A DNA stretch of 64,000 bases from contig CAVOXA010000007.1 in the NCBI GenBank assembly GCA_963700285.1, positions 1-64,000 on the forward strand. Reading direction: 5' to 3'. Source of the stretch: an uncultured Chloroflexia bacterium. GTDB lineage: Bacteria > Chloroflexota > Anaerolineae > JAAYZQ01. Below the pieces are notes generated by a model. It made no database searches. It saw only the letters and a list, made by a program, of their open reading frames with translations, and had not been told where the DNA came from. Shown here in pieces: positions 48,489 through 59,378 of the stretch. Within the stretch, counting starts at the first letter, position 1. Each line of letters begins with the position of its first letter. Made by a program: the position numbers and the translations under genes.

Positions 48489-50021
48489 ATGAAGGTTGTT
48501 GTCATAGGTTCTGGTCTATCGGGGCTGACGGCCGGCGCAGCCCTGGCCCAGGCCGGGCAGGAGGTGACGGTATTCGAGCAGTATCACCGCCCGGGAGGCG
48601 TCACGGCGCCCTACGAACGCGGGGGCTACCGTTGGGATCTGGGGCAACTGGTCATCGAGGGCCTGGGCCCGGACGAGCCCCTGGGCGCCATCCTGGCGGA
48701 GCTGGGCCTGACCGGCCGCGTGCCGGTGCGCGTCGAGGACCGCGGCTATGTCTTTCCCGATTTTGAGCTGGAAAAGCCGGAGGAGTACGAGGGCCCGGCC
48801 TGGCGCATGGAGCGGCTCAAGGAGGTCTTTCCCCAGGAAGCCGGGGGACTGGACCGCTACTGGGCCGACTATCTGCGTTTCACCAGCGTGATGACCCTGG
48901 CCCGGCGCATGGAAGCGACCAGTGGCCTGAGCGCCCAGTACTGGAAACTGAGGCTCTACCTGAAGGCGCTGCCGCTGCTCAAAAAGCAGGGCTGGAACGC
49001 CCAGCAGTTGATGGATTCCTACTTTCAATCGGAGAAGCTCAAGCTGGTCTTTACCTCGATCTTGGCCGACTTTTTCACGCCGACCACCGAGTTCCCAGGC
49101 CTGGGCGTCTTTGCCGTGAACCCCGAGGCGTCCTTTGACAAGCGCATGCCCGCCGAGCTGGCCAAGGACACGGTGCAACTTTACCACTATAGCATTCTGG
49201 GCGGCATGGGGACGCTGGTCGATGCGCTGGTGGGCAAGATCGAGTCCCACGGCGGCGCGATCTTGACAGGACACGAGATCACCCGGATCCTGGTGGAGGG
49301 CGGGCGCGTGACCGGGGTCGAGGATGCGGCGGGAACGCGTGTCCCGGCGGATGCCGTCGTCGCCTCTGGCGGGGCCAGGGAGACCTTTTTTGGCCTGGTC
49401 GGCGAGGAGCACCTACCGCACGACTTCGCCGATCAAGTGCGGGCCGTGCCGCTGATGGACTCGGTCTTTATGGTGCACCTGGGCGTCGATTTTGACCCCT
49501 CGCCCTATGTCCACGGCGTCTGCACCTACTACTATGGTACTTATGAGCTGGACCGGGCGCTGGCTGAAAACAAGTCTGGCCTCTACCACGAGGGCAGGGA
49601 TGGATTTGTGGTCCATATTCCTTCCCTGCATTCGCCCGACATGGCGCCGCCGGGGCATCAGGCCATGACCATCTACACCATCTGCCCCGATACGCTCCAG
49701 GAAGGTGGTTGGGAAGAGCGCAAGGAAGAGTACGCCGACAAGCTGATCGACTATGCCGCCGAACAGATCCCGGGCCTGAGGGAGCATATCCAGACCTGCG
49801 AGATCCTGACCCCCGAGGATTGGCGGAGGCGGACACACCTGGACCACCACGCCTTTGGCGGCATCAAGCCGGTGCTGGACGCGTGGCGGGTGCCGCACGA
49901 GACGCCGGTCGAGGGCCTGTGGTTCGTGGGCGCTCAGTCAGAGAGCGGGGGTGGTGTGAACAATGTCATGCCGGGCGCTTTCAAGACAGCCAAGCGCATG
50001 GCGGGTGGGGCGACTGGCTAG
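48489..50021 (+). CDS. FAD-dependent oxidoreductase, phytoene desaturase-like
   Basis: VIGSGLSGL.AG..LA..G.EV.VFE; GGMG; TPEDW; TPVEGLWFVG....GGGV. Confidence 0.85.
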   Translation: MKVVVIGSGLSGLTAGAALAQAGQEVTVFEQYHRPGGVTAPYERGGYRWDLGQLVIEGLGPDEPLGAILAELGLTGRVPVRVEDRGYVFPDFELEKPEEYEGPAWRMERLKEVFPQEAGGLDRYWADYLRFTSVMTLARRMEATSGLSAQYWKLRLYLKALPLLKKQGWNAQQLMDSYFQSEKLKLVFTSILADFFTPTTEFPGLGVFAVNPEASFDKRMPAELAKDTVQLYHYSILGGMGTLVDALVGKIESHGGAILTGHEITRILVEGGRVTGVEDAAGTRVPADAVVASGGARETFFGLVGEEHLPHDFADQVRAVPLMDSVFMVHLGVDFDPSPYVHGVCTYYYGTYELDRALAENKSGLYHEGRDGFVVHIPSLHSPDMAPPGHQAMTIYTICPDTLQEGGWEERKEEYADKLIDYAAEQIPGLREHIQTCEILTPEDWRRRTHLDHHAFGGIKPVLDAWRVPHETPVEGLWFVGAQSESGGGVNNVMPGAFKTAKRMAGGATG

Positions 50022-50079
50022 AGGAGTGGCTGGCGCAGGACCCCAGTCCGCGCGGAGCCAGAAGGAGTCAAGCCGCATT

Positions 50080-50505
50080 GCCTCTTGGCCCCGTGACTGG
50101 TGTGGAGGCCCCGTCCGCAAGTGGACCTGTACCAACAGCATGATCAGCCGTTACCAGAGACGCATCCCTTCGACTCCGCTCAGGGCAAGCTCTGACCCCC
50201 TACTGGACCGCATCGACATCCATATCGAGGTTCCCCGCGTGGAAGCCGGCTCGGAAGCCGGACAAAAAGCTGTCCGACGACCGGCTGGGTGAACCCTCGG
50301 CCGCCATCCAGACGCGGGTAGAGGCTGCCCGGTGTCGCCAGCGCCAGCGCTTTGGCGACGGCAGCGGTATGCTGGCCAATGCCGGCGCGCTTGGCTTGCA
50401 AGCGTTGGCCCTGCCCAGGTACGCGAGTACTGCCCGGTGGATGGGGCAGGCCGGAACCTGCTGCGGGCGGCCATGCAGCAGGTTGGGGCGCCCGGGCGTA
50501 CCACG
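50080..50505 (+). pseudogene. comM: Relic of a ComM/YifB Mg-chelatase-like ATPase (C-terminal part)
   Basis: CT.SMISRYQRRI...PLLDRIDIHIEVPRVE, RVEAAR.RQ, VREYC.V..AGRNLLRAAMQQ across shifting frames; no N-terminus. Confidence 0.75.
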
Positions 50506-50629
50506 GGAAAAGGCTCTGCCTTTTCCTCAGGGATTCCAGGGGAATCCCCCGCATCCTCAACACGGGAACATTTACTAGTGAGTCAACGAATGCCGTTCGG
50601 TAACAACCTTAATCAGTCAATCTGAGGAC

Positions 50630-50658
50630 TTGACAGAACACAAAAGAGGCTGTACAAT
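50630..50658 (+). promoter_or_regulatory. Sigma70 promoter upstream of pentapeptide gene 1
   Basis: TTGACA-17 nt-TACAAT. Confidence 0.6.
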
Positions 50659-50843
50659 ATGCAGGATAGTCGTAGATGCGCTGCCTTTGACAACGCTGCC
50701 CCGCCGTGCAAGGAAGGCAACGGCCTCCTTGCGTCTGTGGACGAGAAAGGAGGTGGTGTGTTTGCTAGAAATCCCCTGATGGTATGGTCGTTTCTGATCT
50801 AGCTCGCGTATGTGCCACATCTCACTGATGAGAGGAACGAGTC

Positions 50844-51899
50844 ATGAAGAGATCATCCCTGATCGTGGTGGTAGTTCTGTTTATGGTCCTGGCAGCGGCG
50901 CCCGTCACTGCCCGGGACGCCACTCCGCCGTGTGAGAAGGTGCGGTCGGCGCAGGAAAAGATGGAATGGAACAGCCGGCCCTGGGTGAGTCTGCTCGAAG
51001 TGCAAGGTCGCATGTGGTGCTGGCTGGGCGATTTTGACCTAAAAGGTGCCAACCTGGAAGGCGCCCGCCTGAAGGGGGCCAACCTGCGCGAAGCCGACCT
51101 GACCGGCGCCGACCTGACCGGCGCCGACCTGAGCTTTGCCAGCCTGCACAAAGTCACCCTGACCGGTGCCGACCTGACCGGCGCCAACTTGAGCGGCGCC
51201 AGCCTGACCCGCGCCAACCTGTCCGGGGCCAAACTTGGCGGGGCTGACCTGTCCTACGCCACCCTACTCGCCGCCAACCTGGGAGGCGCCAACCTGGAAG
51301 GCGCGAACCTGTCCCACGCCAGCCTGTTGCAAGCCAACCTGGAAGGCGCCGACCTGACCGGCGCCGACCTGACCGACGCCAACCTAAAGTTCGCCGGCCT
51401 TCAGTCGGCCATCCTGACCAACGCCACCCTGACCAACGCGGTCCTGGGAGGCGCCTGGCTGTACAAGGCCACCCTGACCAACGCCGACCTGACCAACGCC
51501 TACCTGGTCGGCGCCTGGCTCAGGCTCGCCGACCTGACCGGCGCCAACCTGACCGGCGCCGACCTGAGGTCTGCCAACCTGACCAACGCCAACCTGGAGT
51601 ACGCCGACCTGCTCGGCGCCGACCTGCATTACGCCATCCTGACCGACGCCGACCTGACCGGCGCCGACCTGACCGGCGCCAACCTGACCAGCGCCAACCT
51701 GATCTGCGCCAACCTGACCAGCGCCAACCTGACCGGCGCCAACCTGACCGGCGCCAACCTGGACAGCGCCAACCTGACCGGCGCCACCCTGACCAACGCC
51801 ACCCTGACCGGCGTAATCTGGCGGTACACGATTTGCCCTGACGGGACGAACAGCGGTCCCTACCCCACAGGCACCTGCATAGGGCACCTGCAGCCCTGA
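50844..51899 (+). CDS. Secreted pentapeptide-repeat protein
   Basis: Signal peptide, roughly 50 A(D/N)LxX pentapeptides, C-terminal W..TICPDG cap. Confidence 0.9.
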   Translation: MKRSSLIVVVVLFMVLAAAPVTARDATPPCEKVRSAQEKMEWNSRPWVSLLEVQGRMWCWLGDFDLKGANLEGARLKGANLREADLTGADLTGADLSFASLHKVTLTGADLTGANLSGASLTRANLSGAKLGGADLSYATLLAANLGGANLEGANLSHASLLQANLEGADLTGADLTDANLKFAGLQSAILTNATLTNAVLGGAWLYKATLTNADLTNAYLVGAWLRLADLTGANLTGADLRSANLTNANLEYADLLGADLHYAILTDADLTGADLTGANLTSANLICANLTSANLTGANLTGANLDSANLTGATLTNATLTGVIWRYTICPDGTNSGPYPTGTCIGHLQP

Positions 51900-51918
51900 C
51901 GATCAGACTACCGAGACA

Positions 51919-51950
51919 CCCGGCCTTCAGCGATGAAGGCCGGGCTTTTG
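51919..51950 (+). terminator. Rho-independent terminator
   Basis: CCCGGCCTTCA-GCGA-TGAAGGCCGGG then CTTTTG. Confidence 0.75.
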
Positions 51951-52023
51951 GCGTTTCTGGCGGTAGCACAAGACTTGCCCCAGGCGGCTGCGACCGAAAG
52001 AGACCCGGGTGCATGCGTAGGGG

Positions 52024-52052
52024 TTGACGCGGCGCACTTTGTCTGATATAAT
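52024..52052 (+). promoter_or_regulatory. Near-consensus sigma70 promoter
   Basis: TTGACG-17 nt-TATAAT with TG extension. Confidence 0.6.
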
Positions 52053-52393
52053 GGACGCGTAAACATCCACGCCACAACACTGCTGCTTCCCTGTAGCGGC
52101 GGAAATCACTGGAATCGCTAGTAAGCTGCCGAAGGCAACCTGGCATGGGCCAGGGGTTGGCTTTCGGCTTTCTGTTTGCTGAAAGGGCAAGGAGGTGATG
52201 CAGATAGGCTTTGGCTGCGTTGTTGGCTGAGGGCCTTTGTAGGGGTTGCAGGTTGCGCTACACGCCGGAGCGGCTGCAGGTGACATAACTAGACCATGGG
52301 GCCATGGCTCCTCTGAGGCTGGTGCTGGGGCCCATTCTGCTCGTGTCGCAAACTTCTCTGGCCCTCAAGCTACATGACACTGGGAGGTCAGTC

Positions 52394-53242
52394 ATGAAGA
52401 TTGAGAGTTGCTATCGTTTCCAAGTCGGGGAGTTCGAATGCGTATCCATCAGTGACGGCGGTCATCGCTATCCACTGAAAGACTTTTTTGCCAACGTTCC
52501 CATGGCGGAAATTGAGGAGCTTCTGCGCCAACGCAACCTGCCGACCGATCATATCTGGACGCCGTACACTTATTCGTTTGTCAACACTGGGGAACACCAG
52601 GTGCTCGTCGACGTGGGTGCGGGGTCTCTATTTGAAACCACGGGCAAACTGCTTCAAAACATGGAAGCCGCAGAGATTGAGCCTGCTTCCATTGATTCGG
52701 TCTTTATCACGCACGCGCATCCAGATCATATCGATGGGATGCTCGACGAGTCAGGAAATCCTGTGTATGCCAACGCTCAGTATTTCATCTGGAGAGAGGA
52801 ATGGCAGTTCTGGTTTTCAGAAACGGCGTCAGAGAAAGCCAATGAGGCATTTGTGACATTTGCGCGGAAGCACCTCGAACCGGTGCAAGACCGGGTGAGT
52901 TTCGTTACCGATGAATCTGACACCCTGCCTGGCATACATGTGCTTGCTGTGCCTGGGCATACACCGGGACATATGGTCGTGTCGTTTTCCTCCGGTGACG
53001 AAGAGCTTCTGTATATCGGCGATTCTGTGCTGCATCCCCTTCACCTGGAACATCCAAACTGGCTGCCGATCTATGACGTTCTGCCTGAGAAAGCGGCTGC
53101 CAGCAAACGTCGCATCTTTGACTACGCTGCGGATGAACAGGCATGGGTAATGGGACAGCATTTTCCACCTTTTCCGAGCCTAGGGCATATCATCAGGCAG
53201 GGCGAGGGGTGGCAATGGCAGCCGGTTGAGATAGACGAGTGA
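52394..53242 (+). CDS. MBL-fold metallo-hydrolase (AHL lactonase/organophosphate hydrolase-like)
   Basis: ATG 52394 after GGGAGG; THAHPDH, PGHTPGH, GD and HFP motifs; visibly lower GC than the flanks. Confidence 0.88.
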   Translation: MKIESCYRFQVGEFECVSISDGGHRYPLKDFFANVPMAEIEELLRQRNLPTDHIWTPYTYSFVNTGEHQVLVDVGAGSLFETTGKLLQNMEAAEIEPASIDSVFITHAHPDHIDGMLDESGNPVYANAQYFIWREEWQFWFSETASEKANEAFVTFARKHLEPVQDRVSFVTDESDTLPGIHVLAVPGHTPGHMVVSFSSGDEELLYIGDSVLHPLHLEHPNWLPIYDVLPEKAAASKRRIFDYAADEQAWVMGQHFPPFPSLGHIIRQGEGWQWQPVEIDE

Positions 53243-53339
53243 CTTGAGGCTTCCGGGGGTTGTGCTGGCTATTTAACTCGCCCACTCGGGTTTCATGTAC
53301 TGAGATTGCCGAAATCAGGTATCAAGTGGAGGGAATCGC

Positions 53340-53813
53340 ATGCACTATATTGCTGGAGTACTGCTCCTCGTCCAATTCGCACTGATGTGGATCCTGGACA
53401 AGACCTTTGCCCTCAAAGGTCTCGACTATGTTGCCATGGCTACCTGGCTCGTCGCCATGGCCTTGATCTTTTTACCCATTCTCACGTTGCGTAGAAAGGG
53501 CCGGGTGCCGCCAGACCAAAGCTTTGTCAACACGGAAGCACTTGTGGAAACCGGCATCTATGCTGTCGTCCGGCATCCCCTGTACCTGGGCTGGATACTG
53601 ATGTACCTCGTCGTCTTTCTGTTCAATCCAAATTGGATACTCGCGGGCATAGGCCTCCTGGGCGCAGCCCTCGTCTATGGGTTCACAGTGCAGGAAGAGC
53701 AGCTCCTCATCGCCAAGTACGGTGAATCGTACGAGCGCTACATGCAGAGGGTGCCCAGGGTCAATCTCCTGGCAGGAATCATCCGGCTGCTTGCAGGTCG
53801 AAGAAGAAGCTGA
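53340..53813 (+). CDS. Isoprenylcysteine carboxylmethyltransferase (ICMT/PEMT)-family membrane protein
   Basis: LVETGIYAVVRHPLYLG, EE..L..KYG..Y..Y..RVPR. Confidence 0.82.
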   Translation: MHYIAGVLLLVQFALMWILDKTFALKGLDYVAMATWLVAMALIFLPILTLRRKGRVPPDQSFVNTEALVETGIYAVVRHPLYLGWILMYLVVFLFNPNWILAGIGLLGAALVYGFTVQEEQLLIAKYGESYERYMQRVPRVNLLAGIIRLLAGRRRS

Positions 53814-53822
53814 GAAGGTGAG

Positions 53823-54398
53823 GTGGGGCCACTCATGTGGGCGCCCATCATCTGTGCAGGGATCTGGTTTGGCTTCATCCTGTATTGGGTGACTGGCTCA
53901 ATTCCAAAGGACAGGATCTACGAAATCTACGCCGGCTCTGGCATAGGCATCTGTCTGACATTGCTGCTCTTCGGCCTCTTCGGGTGGTACCCGCCTCGCG
54001 ACGATAGACCGCTGCTGCAAGCTCTGCAGGTAGCTGGAACCGTGCTCTACTGGGCCAGTTCTGTCTTGGTTCTGCTCTCAATCCTTGCGCTTGCGCGCAG
54101 TGGCAAGCCTGAGGGCTTTTTCGAGCGCACCACCGTTCTCATCGACGGTGGTCTCTTTGGCGTGATCCGGCATCCCCTCTATCTGGGAGTGGCCCTTTGG
54201 AGTGTTGGACTGGTACTGCAGATACAACTGCTTCTGCCTGCGGCGCTGGGCATAGCCGCCTTCGGTTGTTCCTGGGTGGCCTCCAAGAAGGAGGATGAGT
54301 TCAACTTCGAGAAATTCGGAGAAGGCTACAAAGAGTACATGAACACGGTTCCTGCGTGGAACGTGCTGAAAGGGCTAGGTAGAAGACTCCTGGGCTAG
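53823..54398 (+). CDS. ICMT/PEMT-family membrane protein
   Basis: TTVLIDGGLFGVIRHPLYLG, KFGEGYKEYM..VP. Confidence 0.8.
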   Translation: MGPLMWAPIICAGIWFGFILYWVTGSIPKDRIYEIYAGSGIGICLTLLLFGLFGWYPPRDDRPLLQALQVAGTVLYWASSVLVLLSILALARSGKPEGFFERTTVLIDGGLFGVIRHPLYLGVALWSVGLVLQIQLLLPAALGIAAFGCSWVASKKEDEFNFEKFGEGYKEYMNTVPAWNVLKGLGRRLLG

Positions 54399-54817
54399 CG
54401 GTACACGTACACGATCGTGTATTCGGCGTTCTCCGCCTCGACGGCTGTGACGCGATAGCTGGCTTCGCCAGAGCTGTCGACGGCCATGGACCCGCTGCCG
54501 CTGACCGCCTCGCCGTCGCGCGCCTCCAGCGTGAGCGTTACCTCGCCGTCCTCGCCCAGCAGCTCGATCTTGAAGCCGCCCTTCTCCACCGACAAGGTCA
54601 CGTCGGCGTCCAGCCAGCCGCCTGGATTGGGCAGGTCCTCGAGCTGCCGGGTCGCCGTCCCGTTCGCCTTCCTGGCGCCGGCCTGCTCCTGACCGCCGTT
54701 CATATCCCGGTGGCTGGACGTGCTGCTGCCGGTTTGGTTGTAGCTCTGGCAGGCGACCAGTGCCAGGAGCAGCAAGAGCAGGATACTCAGAGGGGCCAGT
54801 CTCTGGATCTTGTGCAT
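54395..54817 (-). CDS. Putative lipoprotein
   Basis: Hydrophobic signal ending LVAC (lipobox); AAGGAGG RBS. Confidence 0.72.
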   Translation of the reverse strand: MHKIQRLAPLSILLLLLLALVACQSYNQTGSSTSSHRDMNGGQEQAGARKANGTATRQLEDLPNPGGWLDADVTLSVEKGGFKIELLGEDGEVTLTLEARDGEAVSGSGSMAVDSSGEASYRVTAVEAENAEYTIVYVYR

Positions 54818-54864
54818 CGTTACCTCCTTGTGCGTGGAACCGGATGGAGCTTGTGGGTTCGTGG

Positions 54865-57030
54865 TTATGGGGAGCTACGTGACAGGAGCGGCAGGTAGGC
54901 CCGGTGTTGGGGCACTTGCTGGCTCACCGGCACGGCCTGCGCTGCGGTGGCGGTCAGCCCGCCGCTGTCGCGCACCTCTAAGCGCACCGTGTAGGTACCG
55001 GCGGTGGCGAAAGTGTTGCTGGCGGTTGTGGCCGTCGACCAGCTGACTTCAAAGATGCCGTCGTCGTCCCAGTCCCAGCGCACCTCGGCGGGTGTCCCGT
55101 CCTCGGCGTCGGTGGAGCCAGAGGCATCAAAGGCAAAGATGGTGCTGGTGTCGCCGCTGGGCGGCATCACGGTGAAGGAGGCGACGGGTGGCGTGTTGGC
55201 GCTGGCCGGCTCCACCGTGACCTGCCGGGTCGCCTCCGCCATTTGCTCAAAGCTGTCCTGGACCTGCAACCGGACCGTGTAGGTACCAGGCGCGGCAAAG
55301 GCGTGGGTGGCCGCGGCCTCAGCACTCCAGGCCGTGTCGTATGTGCCGTCATCCTGCCAGTCCCAGCGGACCTCCAGGGCGCCGCCTTCCGGATCGCTGC
55401 TGCTTGCGGCATTAAAGTGGAAAGGGGTGTTGGTGTCCCCGCCGGAAGGGTCGACGGAGAAGGCTGCGCTGGGTGGGGCGTTGCGGACCGTCACCTGCCC
55501 GGTTGTCTCGTCCGAGGCCCCATGCCCATCCGTCACCTGCAAGCGGACCAGAAAGATGCTCAGGCCCTGCCACGAGGCCAGGGCAAAGCGATGGCCGGCG
55601 GTGCGGTCGTGGCTCCACGTCGTGTCCCACGTGCCGTCGTTCTGCCAGTCCCAGCGGACCTGTAGCTGCGCAGGCGCGTCGGTCGCATCGCTGCTGGCTG
55701 AGGCGTCGAATTGGAACAGCGTGGTGCTGGGCCCGTCTGAAGGCGTGACGCCGAAAAGGGCCCGGGGCCGGGTGTTGCCCACGATGCGGGCGTGGACTTG
55801 TGCAGGACCGGACTCAAAGGCCACCAGGTGGTTGATGGCCCCGCCGGCCACTGCGACCGCTTGGGACGAGGTTGCGATCTCGACCGCGTCGCTCGTGGCG
55901 CCATTGGGCATGACCTCGCGAGCGTGAGCCGCGCTGTGGAAGAGTGGCTCCTTGGACCAAGAGACCAAGTAGTGGGGGTCCTCCAAGGGCAAGTTGGTCA
56001 CACCACAGGCCACATCGAGAGGGCGGTAGCCGGCCCACCAATCATAGTGCACGAGCTCCTTCACCTGGCCCGGGTTCCCGTCGCCATCGACGAACCGCGC
56101 ATAGAGGCCGTCCTTCAAGCCCTGGATCGAGTGCCAGGCCACCAGGTACTGGTCTGACGTATGGCAGGCCGCCACGGAGGCTTCCGCTTCCTCGTCAGGC
56201 CAGTTGGCGATGGGGAACTCGCCCCCGCCTAGCTTGGCGCCGCTGCCGGCCAGGCGCACGCCGTAGACGTTGTCGTTCACCTTGGGCTTGTCATCGCAGG
56301 TGACCAGGTACTCGTTGCGGTGCAGGTTATAGGCGACGTCGGGGTTCTGCCGGAAGTCGGTGTTGTGGGCGGTGACCACAAAGGCGCCGGCGGCAAAGCC
56401 GCTGCCGTCGGCTTCCACCCTGCGCCCGGCGATCACGGTGCGCGGGGGCTGGGCGCTTTCTGTGGCCCAGACGACCAGGTACTCATCGGCGGTGTAGCCG
56501 TAGGCCAGGGCATGGACCGAGGTGGCAGCCGGCTTGGTGGCGTCGATGGCAAAGGCGGCCAGCGCTGGGTTCGGGCCATCCCACTGGATGAAGCGTCCGT
56601 ATAGGTCAAAGACGGTGCCGCTGAGCCTGCCCCACAGGACCAGATAGCGGTTGCGCCGGGAGTCATAGGCGATCTTGGGCGGGCTGACGCCGTAGGTGGC
56701 GCTGGGCGCGATCTGGAATATGCCGCCCACCGGCTCACCGCGGCCTGTCACCCGCCTGCCCCAGATGCTCTTGGCGCCGCTCCAGACGACCAGGTACTCG
56801 TCGTACTGGGTGTTGTAGGCCGCGTCGGGCCGCTCGGCCTCGGCACTCTCGGCTGAAACCCGGACGTCGGGGCTAATCGGGGGGACCCAGCCAGGTGCGG
56901 CGGCTGCGGGGGGGTAGGTGGTGGTGCCAGCGACGGGAGCGGGGGCCAGGGCCTGGCCAGCGCCGCCGTTCAGGATCAGCACCAGAACGGTGGCCAAGAT
57001 AACGACGACCCACCTGTCTTTGGCGACCAT
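54865..57030 (-). CDS. Secreted protein with propeller-like N-terminal repeats and three PKD domains
   Basis: ATG 57030 after GAGGAGGGG; AYN...EYLV.W repeats; F.FDAS.S.D...VRWDW..DG x3; C-terminal AYLPLLSR tail. Confidence 0.83.
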   Translation of the reverse strand: MVAKDRWVVVILATVLVLILNGGAGQALAPAPVAGTTTYPPAAAAPGWVPPISPDVRVSAESAEAERPDAAYNTQYDEYLVVWSGAKSIWGRRVTGRGEPVGGIFQIAPSATYGVSPPKIAYDSRRNRYLVLWGRLSGTVFDLYGRFIQWDGPNPALAAFAIDATKPAATSVHALAYGYTADEYLVVWATESAQPPRTVIAGRRVEADGSGFAAGAFVVTAHNTDFRQNPDVAYNLHRNEYLVTCDDKPKVNDNVYGVRLAGSGAKLGGGEFPIANWPDEEAEASVAACHTSDQYLVAWHSIQGLKDGLYARFVDGDGNPGQVKELVHYDWWAGYRPLDVACGVTNLPLEDPHYLVSWSKEPLFHSAAHAREVMPNGATSDAVEIATSSQAVAVAGGAINHLVAFESGPAQVHARIVGNTRPRALFGVTPSDGPSTTLFQFDASASSDATDAPAQLQVRWDWQNDGTWDTTWSHDRTAGHRFALASWQGLSIFLVRLQVTDGHGASDETTGQVTVRNAPPSAAFSVDPSGGDTNTPFHFNAASSSDPEGGALEVRWDWQDDGTYDTAWSAEAAATHAFAAPGTYTVRLQVQDSFEQMAEATRQVTVEPASANTPPVASFTVMPPSGDTSTIFAFDASGSTDAEDGTPAEVRWDWDDDGIFEVSWSTATTASNTFATAGTYTVRLEVRDSGGLTATAAQAVPVSQQVPQHRAYLPLLSRSSP

Positions 57031-57202
57031 GCTCCCCCTCCTCAGGTCAGACAACTGTGCCTGGGGCTATTATAGCAGAGTTTGTGGGAAGGTACAAGAC
57101 GCTGGCGTGGGAGGCAATCGGTGCAGAACCGAGGCCACGAACGGGGAAAAGTGACTCTGGCAGGCTCGCTTGCGCTTGAGCCACCCTGACAGTATGTAGG
57201 GC

Positions 57203-57985
57203 CTAGTCAAAGTCTGTCCCAGTGCTGCGGGACCCCGCTAGCTGCCTCAGCGTGAGTCCCAGCAGCTCGTTGTTCTTTCTCAACTCCTGCAGGACCTGCT
57301 CCTGCACGCCCAAAACCATATCCAGGCGCAGATCGGCGTCCCTTTCGTCATCGACAGCCAACCTTACAGTGGCAGCGTCCCCAGTCAAGAGGGCAAACGG
57401 TACCTGGGGTGATTGCTCGTCGAGTCGCGCCTGAACCGCTGCCTTTTCAGTGATTGTCAGGCCTGGGAGTTGGCTGATTGGCTTGCCTGCGTATGCGCCC
57501 TGCCGGTCAGCCGCCAGATCCGACAGACGAAGCCCGGCCTTGGCCATCAAACCCCAGCGTTTGGTCAGTCCCAAGTCAATGGCTGCGTAGTAGAAGGCGT
57601 TGATGATCTGCTGATTGGTGTATTGTGGCGGTTCCTCTCCGTCCAGGCGCTCGCAGAATGCTTTGAAGGCGTCGAAGGCTGGTTTCCGAGCCGTGAGGGT
57701 CGGGTCCCCAGGCCGGTACAGGCCATAGAACCAATCCCCTCCGGTGACCGAGAAATCTTGGGTGCAGAACCAGAACACCAAGCCAACCAACGGATCCTTG
57801 TAGATCGTCTCCAATCCGACCTGCAGGCTGCTGGCCTGGAACTCCTCACGGCGCTGCACCTCGCCGGGATCGATCCGGCTATTCCATCCCACTTCCGACA
57901 CGTAAAGGGGCTTGTCCTTTCCCTCCTCCTGGCGGATGACCTGGTGCATGGCGCTCAGATATTCGCCGCAGACCGTGCGGACCGC
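57203..57985 (-). pseudogene. 5'-truncated glycoside hydrolase-like (clan GH-A) gene
   Basis: KPLYVSEVGW nucleophile-like motif, FWFC.QDF..YGLY; the upstream part is replaced by the IS. Confidence 0.55.
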
Positions 57986-59378
57986 CCCGTATGTGCTAAT
58001 GTGAGTGAGACAACTCCTCTCAAGAGTTTAGGGTATAATGGAACGAGCAGAGGAGAGTGAGTGATGTCTCGAAACGGAGATGAGCGAACAGAGATGCCGG
58101 ATCCGGAAGTGGTGCCGATGGCCGAGCGACGGCGGTTCACGGCCGAGGAGAAGCTGCGCATCGTGGAGGAAGCCGACGCCTGCACTGAGCCGGGCGAGAT
58201 CGGTGCCTTGCTGCGGCGTGAGGGGATATACTCGCTCGTACCTGAGCCGGTGGCGCCAGGCCCGAGACCGGGGCCAGTTGACGGCGCTGGGTCCGCAGCA
58301 GCGAGGGCCGAAGCCGGCGACAGATGCGGCACTGGCCAGGGAAGTGGCCAGGCTGCAGCGGGAGAACGAGCGGCTGCAGACGCGCCTGGACCAGGCGGAA
58401 ACAATCATCGAGGTCCAAAAAAAACTCTCGCAGCTACTTGGGCTGAGTCCCGAGGAGAACGAGAGCAACGGGAAGTGATGATCGGCATGGCGGAAGAGCT
58501 GGGGGAAACGGTGGGCGTGTCGGAGGCTTGTCGCGCTTGGGAGTTCCGACGGAGCAGCCTGTACCGAGCTCGGAAGCCCAAGCCAGCCTCCTCGCCGCGA
58601 CCGACGCCGCCGCGGGCCTTGGGCGCGGCGGAGAAGGCGGAGGTGCGTGCCGTGCTCAACAGCGAGCGGTTCTGGGACTGCGCACCGCGAGAGGTGTATG
58701 CCACCTTGTTGGACGAAGGCGAGTATCTGTGCCATTGGCGAACGATGTATCGCATCCTGGAAGAGCACGACGAGGTGCACGAGCGACGGAATCAGCGTCG
58801 CCATCCAGTCTCTGTCAAGCCGGAACTGCGTGCAACAGGGCCAAATCAGCTTTGGAGCTGGGATATCACCCAATTGAGAGGGCCCAAAGGCGTCCACTAC
58901 TATCTCTACGTGATTCTGGATGTGTTCAGCCGCTTCGTTCCGGGCTGGATGATCGCCGAGCGGGAATTGGCCAGGCTGGCTGAGCAGCTGATCGCTGAGA
59001 CGTGCGCCAAGCAGGGGATCCCGAGGGATCAACTGGTGCTGCACTCCGACCGAGGGAGCGCGATGCGGTCGAAGACGGTGGCCCAGTTGCTGATCGACCT
59101 GGGGGTGGCCAAGAGCCACTCTCGGCCCTACACGCCGACAGATAACCCCTACTCGGAATCGCAGTTCAAGACGATGAAGTACCGACCCGAGTATCCCGAG
59201 CGATTCGACGGGCAGGAAGAAGCACGAGGTTGGGCACGGAGGTTCTTCCACTGGTACAATCACGAACACCATCACAGTGGCTTGGGGCTGATGACCCCGG
59301 CGGCGGTGCACTACGGCCTGGCAGAAATGGTCTACGAGCAACGTCGCCAAGTCCTGGCGGCAGCCTACGCGGCTCATC
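57986..59378 (+). mobile_element. IS3-family element, 3'-truncated
   Basis: OrfA PDPEV..RRRFTAEEKLRI (extra frameshift near 58232), A8 slippery run 58417-58424, OrfB DDE motifs WSWDIT, LHSDRG, DNPYSESQF; homology stops at AAYAAH; left end approximate. Confidence 0.85.
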
